Origin: Macrostomum hystrix
Lineage: Eukaryota > Animalia > Platyhelminthes
Length of the DNA stretch: 64,000 nt
Reading direction: 5' to 3'
NCBI GenBank assembly: GCA_950097015.1
Contig: CATNEN010000038.1
Span: 9,858,001 to 9,922,000 of the forward strand
The stretch's first letter is position 1, and each line of letters starts with the position of its first letter. Position numbers and translations under genes: made by a program. Below the pieces are notes generated by a model. That model ran no database searches and had not been told where the DNA came from. It saw nothing but the letters and a program-made list of their open reading frames with translations. Shown in pieces: positions 13,301-24,527 of the stretch.

Positions 13301-16300
13301 CCATCAGTGGGGGTGTTATGCCATCAGTGGGGGTGTTATGCCATCAGTGGGGGTGTTATGCCATCAGTGGGGGTGTTATGCCATCAGTGTGGGTGTTATG
13401 CCATCAGTGGGGGTGTTATGCCATCAGTGGGGGTGTTATGCCATCAGTGGAGGTTTTATGCCATCAGTGTGGGTGTTATGCCATCAGTGTGAGTGTTATG
13501 CCATCAGTGGGGGTGTTATGCCATCAGTGTGGGTGTTATGCCATCAGTGGGGGTGTTATGCCATCAGTGGGGGTTTTATGCCATCAGTGGGGGTGTTATG
13601 CCATCAGTGTGGGTTTTATGCCATCAGTGGGGGTGTTATGCCATCAGTGGGGGTGTTATGCCATCAGTGGGGTGTTATGCCATCAGTGTGGGTGTTATGC
13701 CATCAGTGGGGGTGTTATGCCATCAGTGGGGTGTTATGCCATCAGTGGGGTGTTATGCCATCAGTGTGGGTGTTATGCCATCAGTGGGGGTGTTATGCCA
13801 TCAGTAGGGGTGTTATGCCATCAGTGGGGTGTTATGCCATCAGTGGGGGTGTTATGCCATCAGTGTGAGTGTTATGCCATCAGTGGGGGTGTTATGCCAT
13901 CAGTGGGGGTGTTATGCCATCAGTGGGGGTGTTATGCCATCAGTGTGGGTGTTATGCCATCAGTGTGAGTGTTATGCCATCAGTGGGGGTGTTATGCCAT
14001 CAGTGGGGGTGTTATGCCATCAGTGTGGGTGTTATGCCATCAGTGGGGGTGTTATGCCATCAGTGGGGGTGTTATGCCATCAGTGGAGGTTTTATGCCAT
14101 CAGTGTGGGTGTTATGCCATCAGTGGGGGTTTTATGCCATCAGTGTGAGTGTTATGCCATCAGTGGGGGTGTTATGCCATCAGTGGGGGTGTTATGCCAT
14201 CAGTGTGGGTGTTATGCCATCAGTGTGAGTGTTATGCCATCAGTGGGGGTGTTATGCCATCAGTGGGGTGTTATGCCATCAGTGTGGGTGTTATGCCATC
14301 AGTGGGGGTGTTATGCCATCAGTGGGGGTGTTATGCCATCAGTGGGGGTGTTATGCCATCAGTGGAGGTTTTATGCCATCAGTGTGGGTGTTATGCCATC
14401 AGTGGGGGTTTTATGCCATCAGTGGGGGTTTTATGCCATCAGTGGGGGTGTTATGCCATCAGTGTGGGTTTTATGCCATCAGTGGGGGTGTTATGCCATC
14501 AGTGGGGGTGTTATGCCATCAGTGGGGTGTTATGCCATCAGTGTGGGTGTTATGCCATCAGTGGGGGTGTTATGCCATCAGTGGGGTGTTATGCCATCAG
14601 TGTGGGTGTTATGCCATCAGTGGGGTGTTATGCCATCAGTGTGGTTGTTATGCCATCAGTGGGGGTTTTATGCCATCAGTGGGGGTGTTATGCCATCAGT
14701 GGGAGTGTTATGCCATCAGTGGGGTGTTATGCCATCAGTGTGGGTGTTATGCCATCAGTGGGGTGTTATGCCATCAGTGGGGTGTTATGCCATCAGTGTG
14801 GGTGTTATGCCATCAGTGGGGGTGTTATGCCATCAGTGGGGGTTTTATGCCATCAGTGGGGGTGTTATGCCATCAGTGGGAGTGTTATGCCATCAGTGGG
14901 GTGTTATGCCATCAGTGTGGGTGTTATGCCATCAGTGGGGTGTTATGCCATCAGTGGGGTGTTATGCCATCAGTGGGGTGTTATGCCATCAGTGGGGGTG
15001 TTATGCCATCAGTGTGGGTTTTATGCCATCAGTGGGGGTGTTATGCCATCAGTGGGGGTGTTATGCCATCAGTGGGGTGTTATGCCATCAGTGGGGGTGT
15101 TATGCCATCAGTGGGGTGTTATGCCATCAGTGGGGTGTTATGCCATCAGTGTGGGTGTTATGCCATCAGTGGGGTGTTATGCCATCAGTGTGGGTGTTAT
15201 GCCATCAGTGGGGTGTTATGCCATCAGTGGGGTGTATCAGTGCTTTGAGCCACCGCCAGGGAAGAGCTAGTTACAAAAGTTACATAAAACTGGCTAACCC
15301 ATCCAGTTTGGTTGGAGAGCACAAAACTTTAAACCAAATTTATCAGGGGGGGGGGTTAGGTAGCGAGGTCGCAGTCTCGCCTGGGCTATGAGGCGGCAGT
15401 TCTTACTTAGCGCTGATAATGTCCTGCTCAACATGACCGACCGTCTCCGCAGAGTCGAACGCGTTTCGGAAAAGGCCAATCAGTGAGTACTGCCTGCGCC
15501 TCAGCCTCTCCAACTGGAAACAGAATTGACAACGGATTGGCACTGGCTACAGCTGCGCTACTGGCTTAGCTACTCACAAGTAGGATAGCGTGCGAACTAA
15601 AACTAACATTTATATTCAAATTATATAACACATTCTGATAGTACGCATGGCGAGCAAGAATGGGCAGACACTCGATACAGGCTGAAAACTTGACAGTATC
15701 GGAAACAGTTCTTGTACTGCTATACAAGTACTTTTAACGAGCGGTTCTCACGCTGTCACAGGCATTTCTCACCTGTCATAGGCATTTCTCACACTGTCAT
15801 AGGCATTTCTCACACTGTCATAGGCATTTCTCACACTGTCATAGGCATTTCTTACACTGTCATAGGCATTTCTCACACTGTCATAGGCATTTCTCACACT
15901 CTCATAGGCATTTCTCACACTGTCATAGGCATTTCTCACGCTGACACAGGCATTTCTCACGCTGTCATAGGCATTTCTCACACTGTCATAGGCATTTCTC
16001 ACACTGTCATAGGCATTTCTCACACTGTCATAGGCATTTCTCACACTCTCATAGGCATTTCTCACACTCTCATAGGCATTTCTCACACTGTCATAGGCAT
16101 TTCTCACGCTGACACAGGCATTTCTCACGCTGTCATAGGCATTTCTCACACTGTCATAGGCATTTCTCACACTGTCATAGGCATTTCTCACACTGTCATA
16201 GGCATTTCTCACGCTGTCATAGGCATTTCTCACACTCATAGGCATTTCTCGCACTCATAGGCATTTCTCACCTGTCATAGGCATTTCTCACACTCATAGG

Positions 16301-19300
16301 CATTTCTCGCACTGTCATAGGCATTTCTCACACTGTCATAAGGATTTCTCCCACTCATAAATTTTTCACACTCTCATTGGCATTTCTCACACTTTCATAG
16401 GCATTTCTCACCTCTCATAGGCATTTCTCGCACTCTCATAGGCATTTCTCACCTCTCATAGGCATTTCTTGCACTGTCATAGGCATTTCTCACACTGTCA
16501 TAGGCATTTCTTGCACTGTCATAGGCATTTCTCACACTGTCATAGGCATTTCTCACGCTGTCATAGGCATTTCTCACACTCATAGGCATTTCTCGCACTC
16601 ATAGGCATTTCTCACCTGTCATAGGCATTTCTCACACTCATAGGCATTTCTCGCACTGTCATAGGCATTTCTCACACTGTCATAAGGATTTCTCCCACTC
16701 ATAAATTTTTCACACTCTCATTGGCATTTCTCACACTTTCATAGGCATTTCTCACCTCTCATAGGCATTTCTCGCACTCTCATAGGCATTTCTCACCTCT
16801 CATAGGCATTTCTTGCACTGTCATAGGCATTTCTCACACTGTCATAGGCATTTCTTGCACTGTCATAGGCATTTCTCACACTCTCATAGGCATTTCTTGC
16901 ACTGTCATAGGCATTTCTCACACTGTCATAGGCATTTCTTGCACTGTCATAGGCATTTCTCACACTCTCATAGGCATTTCTTGCACTGTCATAGGCATTT
17001 CTCACACTCTCATAGGCATTTCTCACCTCTCATAGGCATTTCTTGCACTGTCATAGGCATTTCTCACACTGTCATAGGCATTTCTCACACTGTCATACGC
17101 ATTTCTCACACTGTCATAGGCATTTCTCACACTGTCATAGGCATTTCTCACACTGTCATAGGCATTTCTTACACTCTCATAGGCATTTCTTACACTGTCA
17201 TAGGTATTTCTTACACACTCATAGGCATTTCTCGCACTGTCATAGGCATTTCTCGCACTGTCATAGGCATTTCTCGCACTGTCATAGGCATTTCTCGCAC
17301 TGTCATAGGCATTTCTCGCACTGTCATAGGCATTTCTCACACTGTCATAAGGATTTCTCCCACTCATAAATTTTTCACACTCTCATTGGCATTTCTCACA
17401 CTGTCATAGGCATTTCTCACCTCTCATAGGCATTTCTTGCACTGTCATAGGCATTTCTCACACTGTCATAGGCATTTCTTGCACTGTCATAGGCATTTCT
17501 CACACTCTCATAGGCATTTCTTGCACTGTCATAGGCATTTCTCACACTCTCATAGGCATTTCTCACCTCTCATAGGCATTTCTTGCACTGTCATAGGCAT
17601 TTCTCACACTGTCATAGGCATTTCTCACACTGTCATACGCATTTCTCACACTGTCATAGGCATTTCTCACACTGTCATAGGCATTTCTCACACTGTCATA
17701 GGCATTTCTTACACTCTCATAGGCATTTCTTACACTGTCATAGGTATTTCTTACACACTCATAGGCATTTCTCGCACTGTCATAGGCATTTCTCGCACTG
17801 TCATAGGCATTTCTCGCACTGTCATAGGCATTTCTCGCACTGTCATAGGCATTTCTCGCACTGTCATAGGCATTTCTCACACTGTCATAAGGATTTCTCC
17901 CACTCATAAATTTTTCACACTCTCATTGGCATTTCTCACACTGTCATAGGCATTTCTCACCTCTCATAGGCATTTCTCGCACTCTCATAGGCATTTCTCA
18001 CCTCTCATAGGCATTTCTCACACTCTCATAGGCATTTCTCACACTGTCATAGGCATTTCTCACACTGTCATAGGCATTTCTCACACTGTCATACGCATTT
18101 CTCACACTGTCATAGGCATTTCTCACACTGTCATAGGCATTTCTTACACTGTCATAGGCATTTCTCACACTGTCATAGGCATTTCTTACACTGTCATAGG
18201 CATTTCTCACACTGTCATAGGCATTTCTTACACTGTCATAGGCATTTCTCACACTGTCATAGGCATTTCTCACACTGTCATAGGCATTTCTTACACTCTC
18301 ATAGGCATTTCTTACACTGTCATAGGTATTTCTTACACACTCATAGGCATTTCTCGCACTGTCATAGGCATTTCTCACCTCTCATAGGCATTTCTCGCAC
18401 TGTCATAGGCATTTCTCACCTGTCATAGGCATTTCTCGCACTGTTATAGGCATTTCTCACACTCTCATAGGCATTTCTCACACTCTCATAGGCATAGGCT
18501 CAGAGTAAACAAAATAATATATTCCACTAACTAAAAGTACAAATAAACAATGACACTGAATTGCGAAACAGAACGATAGAATTAACCAATGAATTAAATA
18601 AAACACTGATATGAAGGCGGGCGATAAGTGGAAGTGGAACAACATCTAAAAATTAGTCTAGCTAATAGAAGCAGCACTTTCCAAGCCGAGGAGCTGCAGC
18701 TCTACCTGGCTAGTAAGATGTCACTCTCCAGGTTGGCGATGGTGCTGCTGTGGTTCAGCTGGAGGCCGAAGATCAGGCTGTTGCGCTTTTTAGACAGCCG
18801 CTCCAGCTTTGGATTCCAGCGAAAGTCAACGATAATTTTGGTGTTGCCAAGGCGGCAGAAAACTGTTCCAGACCCCAGTGACGCCATAGGGCAGCTAATT
18901 TTAACTCCCACTATTTTAATTTAGATCCTACCAAGATTCTAGAGTTAAGATCCCAAAAATTCTAAATTTAAAATCCCAAGATTCTAAATTTAGGATCCCA
19001 TGATTCTAAAGTTAAGATCCCATGATTCTAAAGTTAGGATCCCATGATTCTAAAGTTAGGATCCCATGATTCTAAAGTTAAGATCCCATGATTCTAAAGT
19101 TAAGATCCCATGATTCTATAGTTAGGATCCCATGATTCTAAAGTTAAGATCCCATGATTCTAAAGTTAGATGCCATGATTCTGACGTCAAGATCCCAAGA
19201 TGCTGATGTTAGATACTACGTCCTTGGAACACTCTAATGATACGGTCATAAAAAAATACACTGTAATATTGTCAATGACAGCAAATTTGTGCAATCTGGA

Positions 19301-22300
19301 AATCAATCAAGCAAGTCCAGAGATAAGGCGCAGCTGCCATTGCTTACCCCACCGGAGGCCTTCATCAGCTGCTTCTCTGCCTTCTGCCGGTTGGCGTTGC
19401 AATAGCGCAGCTCGGCCTCGTAGCTCAACTGCAGCAGCCGCTGAAGTTCCGCTCCGCACACGACGGGCCGCTGCTCCTGGCGGGCTCGGAGCAGCTGCAG
19501 CTCACGCTCGGTGTCGGCCAGGCGCTGGCGGAGAACAGAGGCGTCTTCCTCGGCGACGCCTTGGTCAGCCTCCTCGGATAAGATCTCAGCAGGTGACATG
19601 TGGCGGCGTCGGCAGATTGCGGCTTGGTTGTTCTAACGATGCGAGATTTTTGATGTGGCATTGTGATTGTTAGGGGCGGAAGAGGGGCAAAACAGGGGTG
19701 GAATAAGATGGCGACAGAAAAGGGCGAAGAAGAGGGGCGGAAGAAGAGGGGCGGAAGGGGAAGAGGAGCGGAAGAAGAGGGGCAGAAGGGGAAGAGGGGC
19801 GGAAGAAGAGGGGCAGAAGGGGAAGAGGGGCGGAAGAAGAGGGGCAGAAGAAGAGGGGCGGAAGTGGGAAAAGGGGCGGAAGAAGAGGGGCGGAAATTGA
19901 GGGCGAAAGAGGAGAGGCGGAAGAAGAGGGACGGAAGGGGAAGAGGGGCGGAAGAAGAGGGCGGAAGAAGAGGGGCGGAAGGGGGAAAAGGGGCGGAAGA
20001 AGAGGGGCGGAAGGGTGAAGGGGCGGAAGGGGGAAAGGGGCGGAAGAAGAGGGGCGGAAGGGGAAGAGGAGCGGAAGAAGAGGGGCAGAAGGGGAAGAGG
20101 GGCGGAAGAAGAGGGACGGAAGGGGAAGAGGGGCGGAAGAAGAGGGCGGAAGAAGAGGGGCGGAAGGGGGAAAAGGGGCGGAAGAAGAGGGGCGGAAGGG
20201 GGAAAGGGGCGTAAGAAGAGGGGCGGAAGGGGGAAAAGGGGCGGAAGGGGGAAAGGGGCGGAAGAAGAGGGGCGGAAGGGGAAGAGGAGCGGAAGAAGAG
20301 GGGCAGAAGGGGAAGAGGGGCGGAAGAAGAGGGGCAAAAGGGGAAGAGGGGCGGAAGAAGAGAGGCAGAAGAAGAGGGGCGGAAATAATGAAATCAAGGG
20401 CAGAAGAGGAGAGGCGGAAGAAGAGGAGCGGAAGAAGAGGGTGGATAAAAAGGGCGGATGAAGAGAACAGAAGAAAAAGGGGCGGATGAAGAGGGGTGGA
20501 AAAAGAGAGGTGGTAGAAGAGAGGCAAAAGAAGAGGGGCGGAAATTGAGGGCGTAAGAGGAGAGGCGGTAGAAGAGAGGCAAAAGAAGAGGGGCGGAACA
20601 AAAGGGGCGGAAGAATAAGGCGTAATTGAGCCCTACCTTCTGGCTGCCAATTTCCAGCTTATAGAGCTGCTCCAAGCGCAGGCTCTCAGCCCGATGCTTC
20701 TCGCTTTGCTTTTCCGCGCTGCTCAGCCTGCAAGTTCGTGATGCTTAGTTTATACGTTTTTCTATACATATCGGCAGATCAATAATAATAAGCGAGCCTC
20801 ACTTGCGCTGCAAATTAGCCAGCGAATTCTCCGCAATTTTCAGATTATCCAACTGATCTAACACCTTCCGCCGATGCTCCTCGAACATTGGCCGCTGCAC
20901 CGCGACCAGCCAGGCGACGCCGGGAATTACGCAGAGCAGCACAGCCAGGAGGGCGTCCTTCAGCATGTTGTGCGCCTCTGTAACAGTAACATCAAACAAT
21001 CAAACAACTGCTCATCATCCTTCCCCTCATCTGCACTTCATCCTTACCTCATCTGCACTTCATCCTTACCTCATCTGCACTTCATCCTTACCTCATCTGC
21101 ACTTCATCCTTACCTCATCTGCACTTCATCCTTACCTCATCTGCACTTCATCCTTACCTCATCTAAACTCCATCCTTCCCTCATCTACCCTTTATCCGTC
21201 TCCTTATCTACCCTTTATCCGTCTCCTTATCTACCCTTTATCCGTCTCCTTATCTACCCTTCATCCTTCCCTCATCTACCCTTCATCCTTCCCTTATCTA
21301 CCCTTCATCTTTGCCCTCATCTGCCCTTATCTACCCTTCATCCTTGCCCGTATCTACCCTTCATCCTTGCCCGTATCTACCCTTCATCCTTGCCCTTATC
21401 TACCCTTCATCCTTGCCCGTATCTACCCTTCATCCTTGCCCTTATCTACCCTTCATCCTTCCCTTATCTACCCTTCATTTTTGCCCTCATCTGCCCTTAT
21501 CTACCCTTCATCCTTGCCCGTATCTACCCTTCATCCTTGCCCGTATCTACCCTTCATCCTTGCCCTTATCTACCCTTCATCCTTGCCCGTATCTACCCTT
21601 CATCCTTGCCCTTATCTACCCTTCATCCTTCCCTTATCTACCCTTCATCCTTCCCTTATCTACCCTTCATCCTTCCCTTATCTACCCATCAGACCAGCTA
21701 TTGATTACAATAGCAGAAATCCAGTCTGAACGAAGCCATAAAATGTTTGAGCAGCAATATTTTTTTCTCACTTTTAGGCGGGCCAAACAGTACCACGTCC
21801 ATGGCTTTGATGGCCAACCTACGGCGTTGGGCAGGCGACAGGGCGCGCAAAACGGCAGCCGCCATGCTCTGCTGCTGCTGCTGCTGCAGGAAGAAGCTTG
21901 GCTCGGCTAGAAGCGGCAGATGGGCACCGTCAATGCCCAGCTCGCGAATGGCGACTGACAGCTCGGGCAAGCCCACCTGGTGCTCAGCCCAGTTGCACAC
22001 CTGCCGAGTAAAGTGCAAGTAAGTTATGGAAATCCTAGATAGATAGTAGCTTTAGGGGACAACTGAATCTAGCACGGGGACCGTCAGGGCGATCCTGAAT
22101 CAACTGAAACCCTAGGATCCTGAATCCACTGAAACCCTAGGATCCTGAATCCACTGAAACCCTAGGATCCTGAATCCATTGAAATCCTAGGATCCTGAAT
22201 CCACTGAAACCCTAGTAGGATCCTGAATCCACTGAAACCCTAGTAGGATCCTGAATCCACTGAAACCCTAGTAGGATCCTGAATCCACTGAAACCCTTGT

Positions 22301-24527
22301 AGGATCCTGAATCCACTGAAACCCTTGTAGGATCCTTAATCCATTGAAATCCTAGGATCCTGAATCCACTGAAACCCTAGGATCCTGAATCCATTGAAAT
22401 CCTAGGATCCTGAATCCACTGAAACCCTAGTAGGATCCTGAATCCACTGAAACCCTAGTAGGATCCTGAATCCACTGAAACCCTAGTAGGATCCTGAATC
22501 CACTGAAACCCTTGTAGGATCCTTAATCCATTGAAATCCTAGGATCCTGAATCCACTGAAACTTTTGTAGACCAGGAATTCTTTAGATAGCGCAAAGGCC
22601 ACGAACTACGTACAAGGAGATTCGATATATTTATACTAACAAAATATGGCTGGGGGTGACAATGGCACGTGGAGAGCAAGGAGTAAGAACAGAGCACGTT
22701 GTGTCGCACGCGCAGGTGACACACGCGGCCCACGCACGCATAGGAAAATGGGCGTGCATTGAGCAACGATAAGTTAATAGAGTACATTCAAGTCCGGTTG
22801 AATATTCAAGTCACAACAGAAACCCTAGGATCCTTAATCCATTGAGATCCTAGAATCCTTAATCCATTGAAATCCTAGGATCTTTAATCCATTGAAATCA
22901 TAGGATTCTTAATCCACTGAAACCCTAGTAGGATCCTGAATCCACTGAAACCCTAGTAGGATCCTGAATCCACTGAAACCCTTGTAGGATCCTGAATCCA
23001 CTGAAACCCTAGGATCCTGAATCCACTGAAACCCTAGTAGGATCCTGAATCCACTGAAACCCTAGTAGGATCCTGAATCCACTGAAACCCTAGTAGGATC
23101 CTGAATCCACTGAAACCCTAGGATCCTGAATCCACTGAAATCCTAGGATCCTGAATCCACTGAAATCCTAGGATCCTGAATCCACTGAAATCCTAGGATC
23201 CTGAATCCACTGAAACCCTAGGATCCTGAATCCACTGAAATCCTAGGATCTTTAATCCATTGAAATCATAGGATTCTCAATCCACTGAAACCCTAGGATC
23301 CTGAATCCACTGAAATCCTAGGATCTTTAATCCATTGAAATCATAGGATTCTCAATCCACTGAAACGCTAGTAGGATCCTGAATCCACTGAAATCCTAGG
23401 ATCTTTAATCCATTGAAATCATAGGATTCTCAATCCACTGAAACACTAGTAGGATCCTGAATCCACTGAAACCCTAGGATCCTGAATCCACTGAAATCCT
23501 AGGATCCTGAATCCACTGAAACCCTAGGATCCTGAATCCACTGAAATCCTAGGATCTTTAATCCATTGAAATCATAGGATTCTCAATCCACTGAAACCCT
23601 AGGATCCTGAATCCACTGAAATCCTAGGATCCTGAATCCACTGAAATCCTAGGATCTTTAATCCATTGAAATCATAGGATCCTGAATCCACTGAAACCCT
23701 AGGATCCTGAATCCACTGAAATCCTAGGATCTTTAATCCATTGAAACCCTAGGATCCTTAGTCCATTGAAACCCTATCCGGGCTGAGATTCGAACCCCGG
23801 ATCTCTCAATTGGGAATCGAATACTACCACTTGGAAAGAAGCTCATATGAAGCTCATATGAAACTATGAAACAATGGATTCACAATTCGGCCCTCACATC
23901 ATCCACAGTCCAGTTGTGGGCCTCGGAGGCGCGCCAGAGGCTCCAGAGTTCCCGCGTGGACACACTGGGGTCGCCCTGGTTGATGGCGCCGGCCCGCTCA
24001 AAGTCCGATCCGTAAGCCAGCTCCTCCCTAGCGAAACCGTCCGCTTCGGCGGCGTCCACCGCGCCGTTTTTATCATCGTCGAGCAGCGAGTGAAGCCGCG
24101 AAATCGCCTGACGTTAATGTATTGAATGTATTCTATGCATTGAATGGATTCCATGCAATGAATGTATTTTAAGTATTTAATGTATTTAACTTATTGAATG
24201 TATTCCATGAATTGAATGCATTCCATGTATTTAATGTATTCCATGTATTGAATGTATTCTGTGTTTTTCAGGGCCTAAATAACCAAGAAATGGCCCCATT
24301 GTGTGAGCTAAGTACTTTGGCTACAAGGTGTAGTCTCTAACCTCAAAAGCTCGCTGGTCAAGCAGGCAGCGCTGATCCTGGGGCTGGCAATCCTTGGCTG
24401 GCTCTGGTGGCTGCAGCTTCTGTAGATCCTTAGAACCTGGGGTTTCATCAGATACTGCAAGTTGCAGCAACAGCAGTAGCACAAGCAGATGAGTCATCAG
24501 CACTGCTGGCTGCTGATTGGACACCAT
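915..24527 (-). CDS. STIM: Stromal interaction molecule (STIM), ER Ca2+ sensor; 12 exons, ~697 aa
   Basis: Exon chain 24342-24527, 23898-24107, 21772-22000, 20803-20977, 20637-20727, 19348-19632, 18706-18806, 6373-6482, 2778-2900, 2061-2111, 1388-1496, 915-~1338; GT-AG with compatible phases (2094 nt). Signal peptide, EF-hand DDDKNGAVDAAE, SAM ending KAMDVVLFGPP, TM, coiled coils, CAD/SOAR (SKKRNSL...EHLLRWSQIEQLVGFDIV) and a Lys-rich tail match the STIM architecture. Confidence 0.92.
1388..1496 (-). CDS. STIM: STIM exon 11
   Basis: DTSVASVSATAAGSASLKPAADSLASAGVTFSLPS; donor GA|gtgag. Confidence 0.65.
1545..1682. repeat. (CAGA)n-derived compound microsatellite, STIM intron
   Basis: Runs of gacagacagaca with interruptions. 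Confidence 0.85.
2061..2111 (-). CDS. STIM: STIM exon 10 (51 nt)
   Basis: GSAPCMQRSVARQQLK; cag| and G|gtgag; phase 1 to 1. Confidence 0.65.
2215..2635. repeat. 27-nt minisatellite, STIM intron
   Basis: Unit gtcatgagtcagggtcatagatcatag, built from GTCAT subrepeats. Confidence 0.9.
2778..2900 (-). CDS. STIM: STIM exon 9
   Basis: SLFAKQSSVASMHDLLNSG...RMLAK; phase 1 to 1. Confidence 0.75.
3040..4050. repeat. 21-nt minisatellite, STIM intron
   Basis: Units gcgagatgggatttataagaa and gcgagatgggaatacagatta. Confidence 0.95.
4448..6322. repeat. 27-nt minisatellite with internal palindrome CCCATATGGG, STIM intron
   Basis: Unit catggttcacaatatcccatatgggtg, ~70 copies. Confidence 0.97.
6373..6482 (-). 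CDS. STIM: STIM exon 8 (end of CAD/SOAR)
   Basis: DFTEKVKLDFQEHLLRWSQIEQLVGFDIVSEQ resembles STIM1 [20 protein letters not shown]; ccccgcag| and |gtgag. Confidence 0.9.
6830..15235. repeat. 20-nt G-rich satellite (~8.3 kb) with higher-order repeats, STIM intron
   Basis: Unit gttatgccatcagtgggggt, ~415 copies; variants recur in ordered blocks. Confidence 0.99.
15745..18495. repeat. 21-nt minisatellite (~2.75 kb), STIM intron
   Basis: Unit gcatttctcacactgtcatag, ~130 copies; internal 540-nt duplication. Confidence 0.98.
18706..18806 (-). CDS. STIM: STIM exon 7 (SOAR apex)
   Basis: LERLSKKRNSLIFGLQLNHSSTIANLESDILLAR aligns with STIM1 [33 protein letters not shown]. Confidence 0.9.
18920..19200. 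repeat. 22-nt minisatellite, STIM intron
   Basis: Unit gatcccatgattctaaagttaa. Confidence 0.9.
19348..19632 (-). CDS. STIM: STIM exon 6 (end of CC1, start of CAD/SOAR)
   Basis: ELQRLLQLSYEAELRYCNANRQKAEKQLMKASGG; donor GGG|gtaag; acceptor position less certain. Confidence 0.85.
19670..20625. repeat. Polypurine/polypyrimidine compound repeat, STIM intron
   Basis: Units gaagaagaggggcg and gaaggggaagaggggcg. Confidence 0.93.
20637..20727 (-). CDS. STIM: STIM exon 5 (CC1)
   Basis: LSSAEKQSEKHRAESLRLEQLYKLEIGSQK; phase 2 to 0. Confidence 0.85.
20803..20977 (-). CDS. STIM: STIM exon 4 (transmembrane helix, start of CC1)
   Basis: AHNMLKDALLAVLLCVIPGVAWLVAVQ...LDNLKIAENSLANLQR. Confidence 0.92.
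21015..21688. repeat. 22-nt minisatellite, STIM intron
   Basis: Unit catctgcacttcatccttacct grading into tatctacccttcatccttgccc. Confidence 0.93.
21772..22000 (-). CDS. STIM: STIM exon 3 (SAM domain)
   Basis: VCNWAEHQVGLPEL...RRRLAIKAMDVVLFGPPK. Confidence 0.92.
22090..23776. repeat. ~25-28-nt minisatellite, STIM intron, interrupted by a solo LTR
   Basis: Unit ggatcctgaatccactgaaacccta(gta). Confidence 0.95.
22563..22818 (-). mobile_element. Solo LTR-like insertion (256 bp) with 5-bp TSD GAAAC
   Basis: Unique sequence splits one repeat unit; GAAAC at 22558-22562 and 22819-22823; minus-strand termini TGTTGTGAC...GTCTACAAAA (imperfect TG..CA inverted ends); TATA-like tataaata inside. Confidence 0.65.
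23778..23832 (-). mobile_element. tRNA-like SINE head fragment
   Basis: B-box-like GGTTCGAATCTC on the minus strand. Confidence 0.35.
23898..24107 (-). CDS. STIM: STIM exon 2 (EF-hands)
   Basis: AISRLHSLLDDDKNGAVDAAEADGF...ASEAHNWTVDD; cag| acceptor and |gtgag donor; this frame is not in the ORF track. Confidence 0.92.
24115..24262. repeat. Degenerate AT-rich minisatellite, STIM intron 1
   Basis: attgaatgtattccatg variants. Confidence 0.75.
24342..24527 (-). CDS. STIM: STIM exon 1 (signal peptide, Cys pair)
   Basis: MVSNQQPAVLMTHLLVLLLLLQLAVS...DCQPQDQRCLLDQRAFE; donor GAG|gttag. Confidence 0.8.

Noticed and set aside
6929-15391. Long plus-strand ORFs (GCYAISGGVMPSVGVLCHQW repeats, up to 739 aa)
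   Set aside because: Translations of the 20-mer satellite, open in all three frames and antisense within a STIM intron.
15241-15740. Possible exon in the unique island between the two large arrays
   Set aside because: STIM exon 7 joins exon 8 in frame without it, and I see no recognisable homology.
15712-21910. His-, Pro- and Arg-rich repetitive ORFs
   Set aside because: They coincide with intronic minisatellites; only the STIM exons here are supported.
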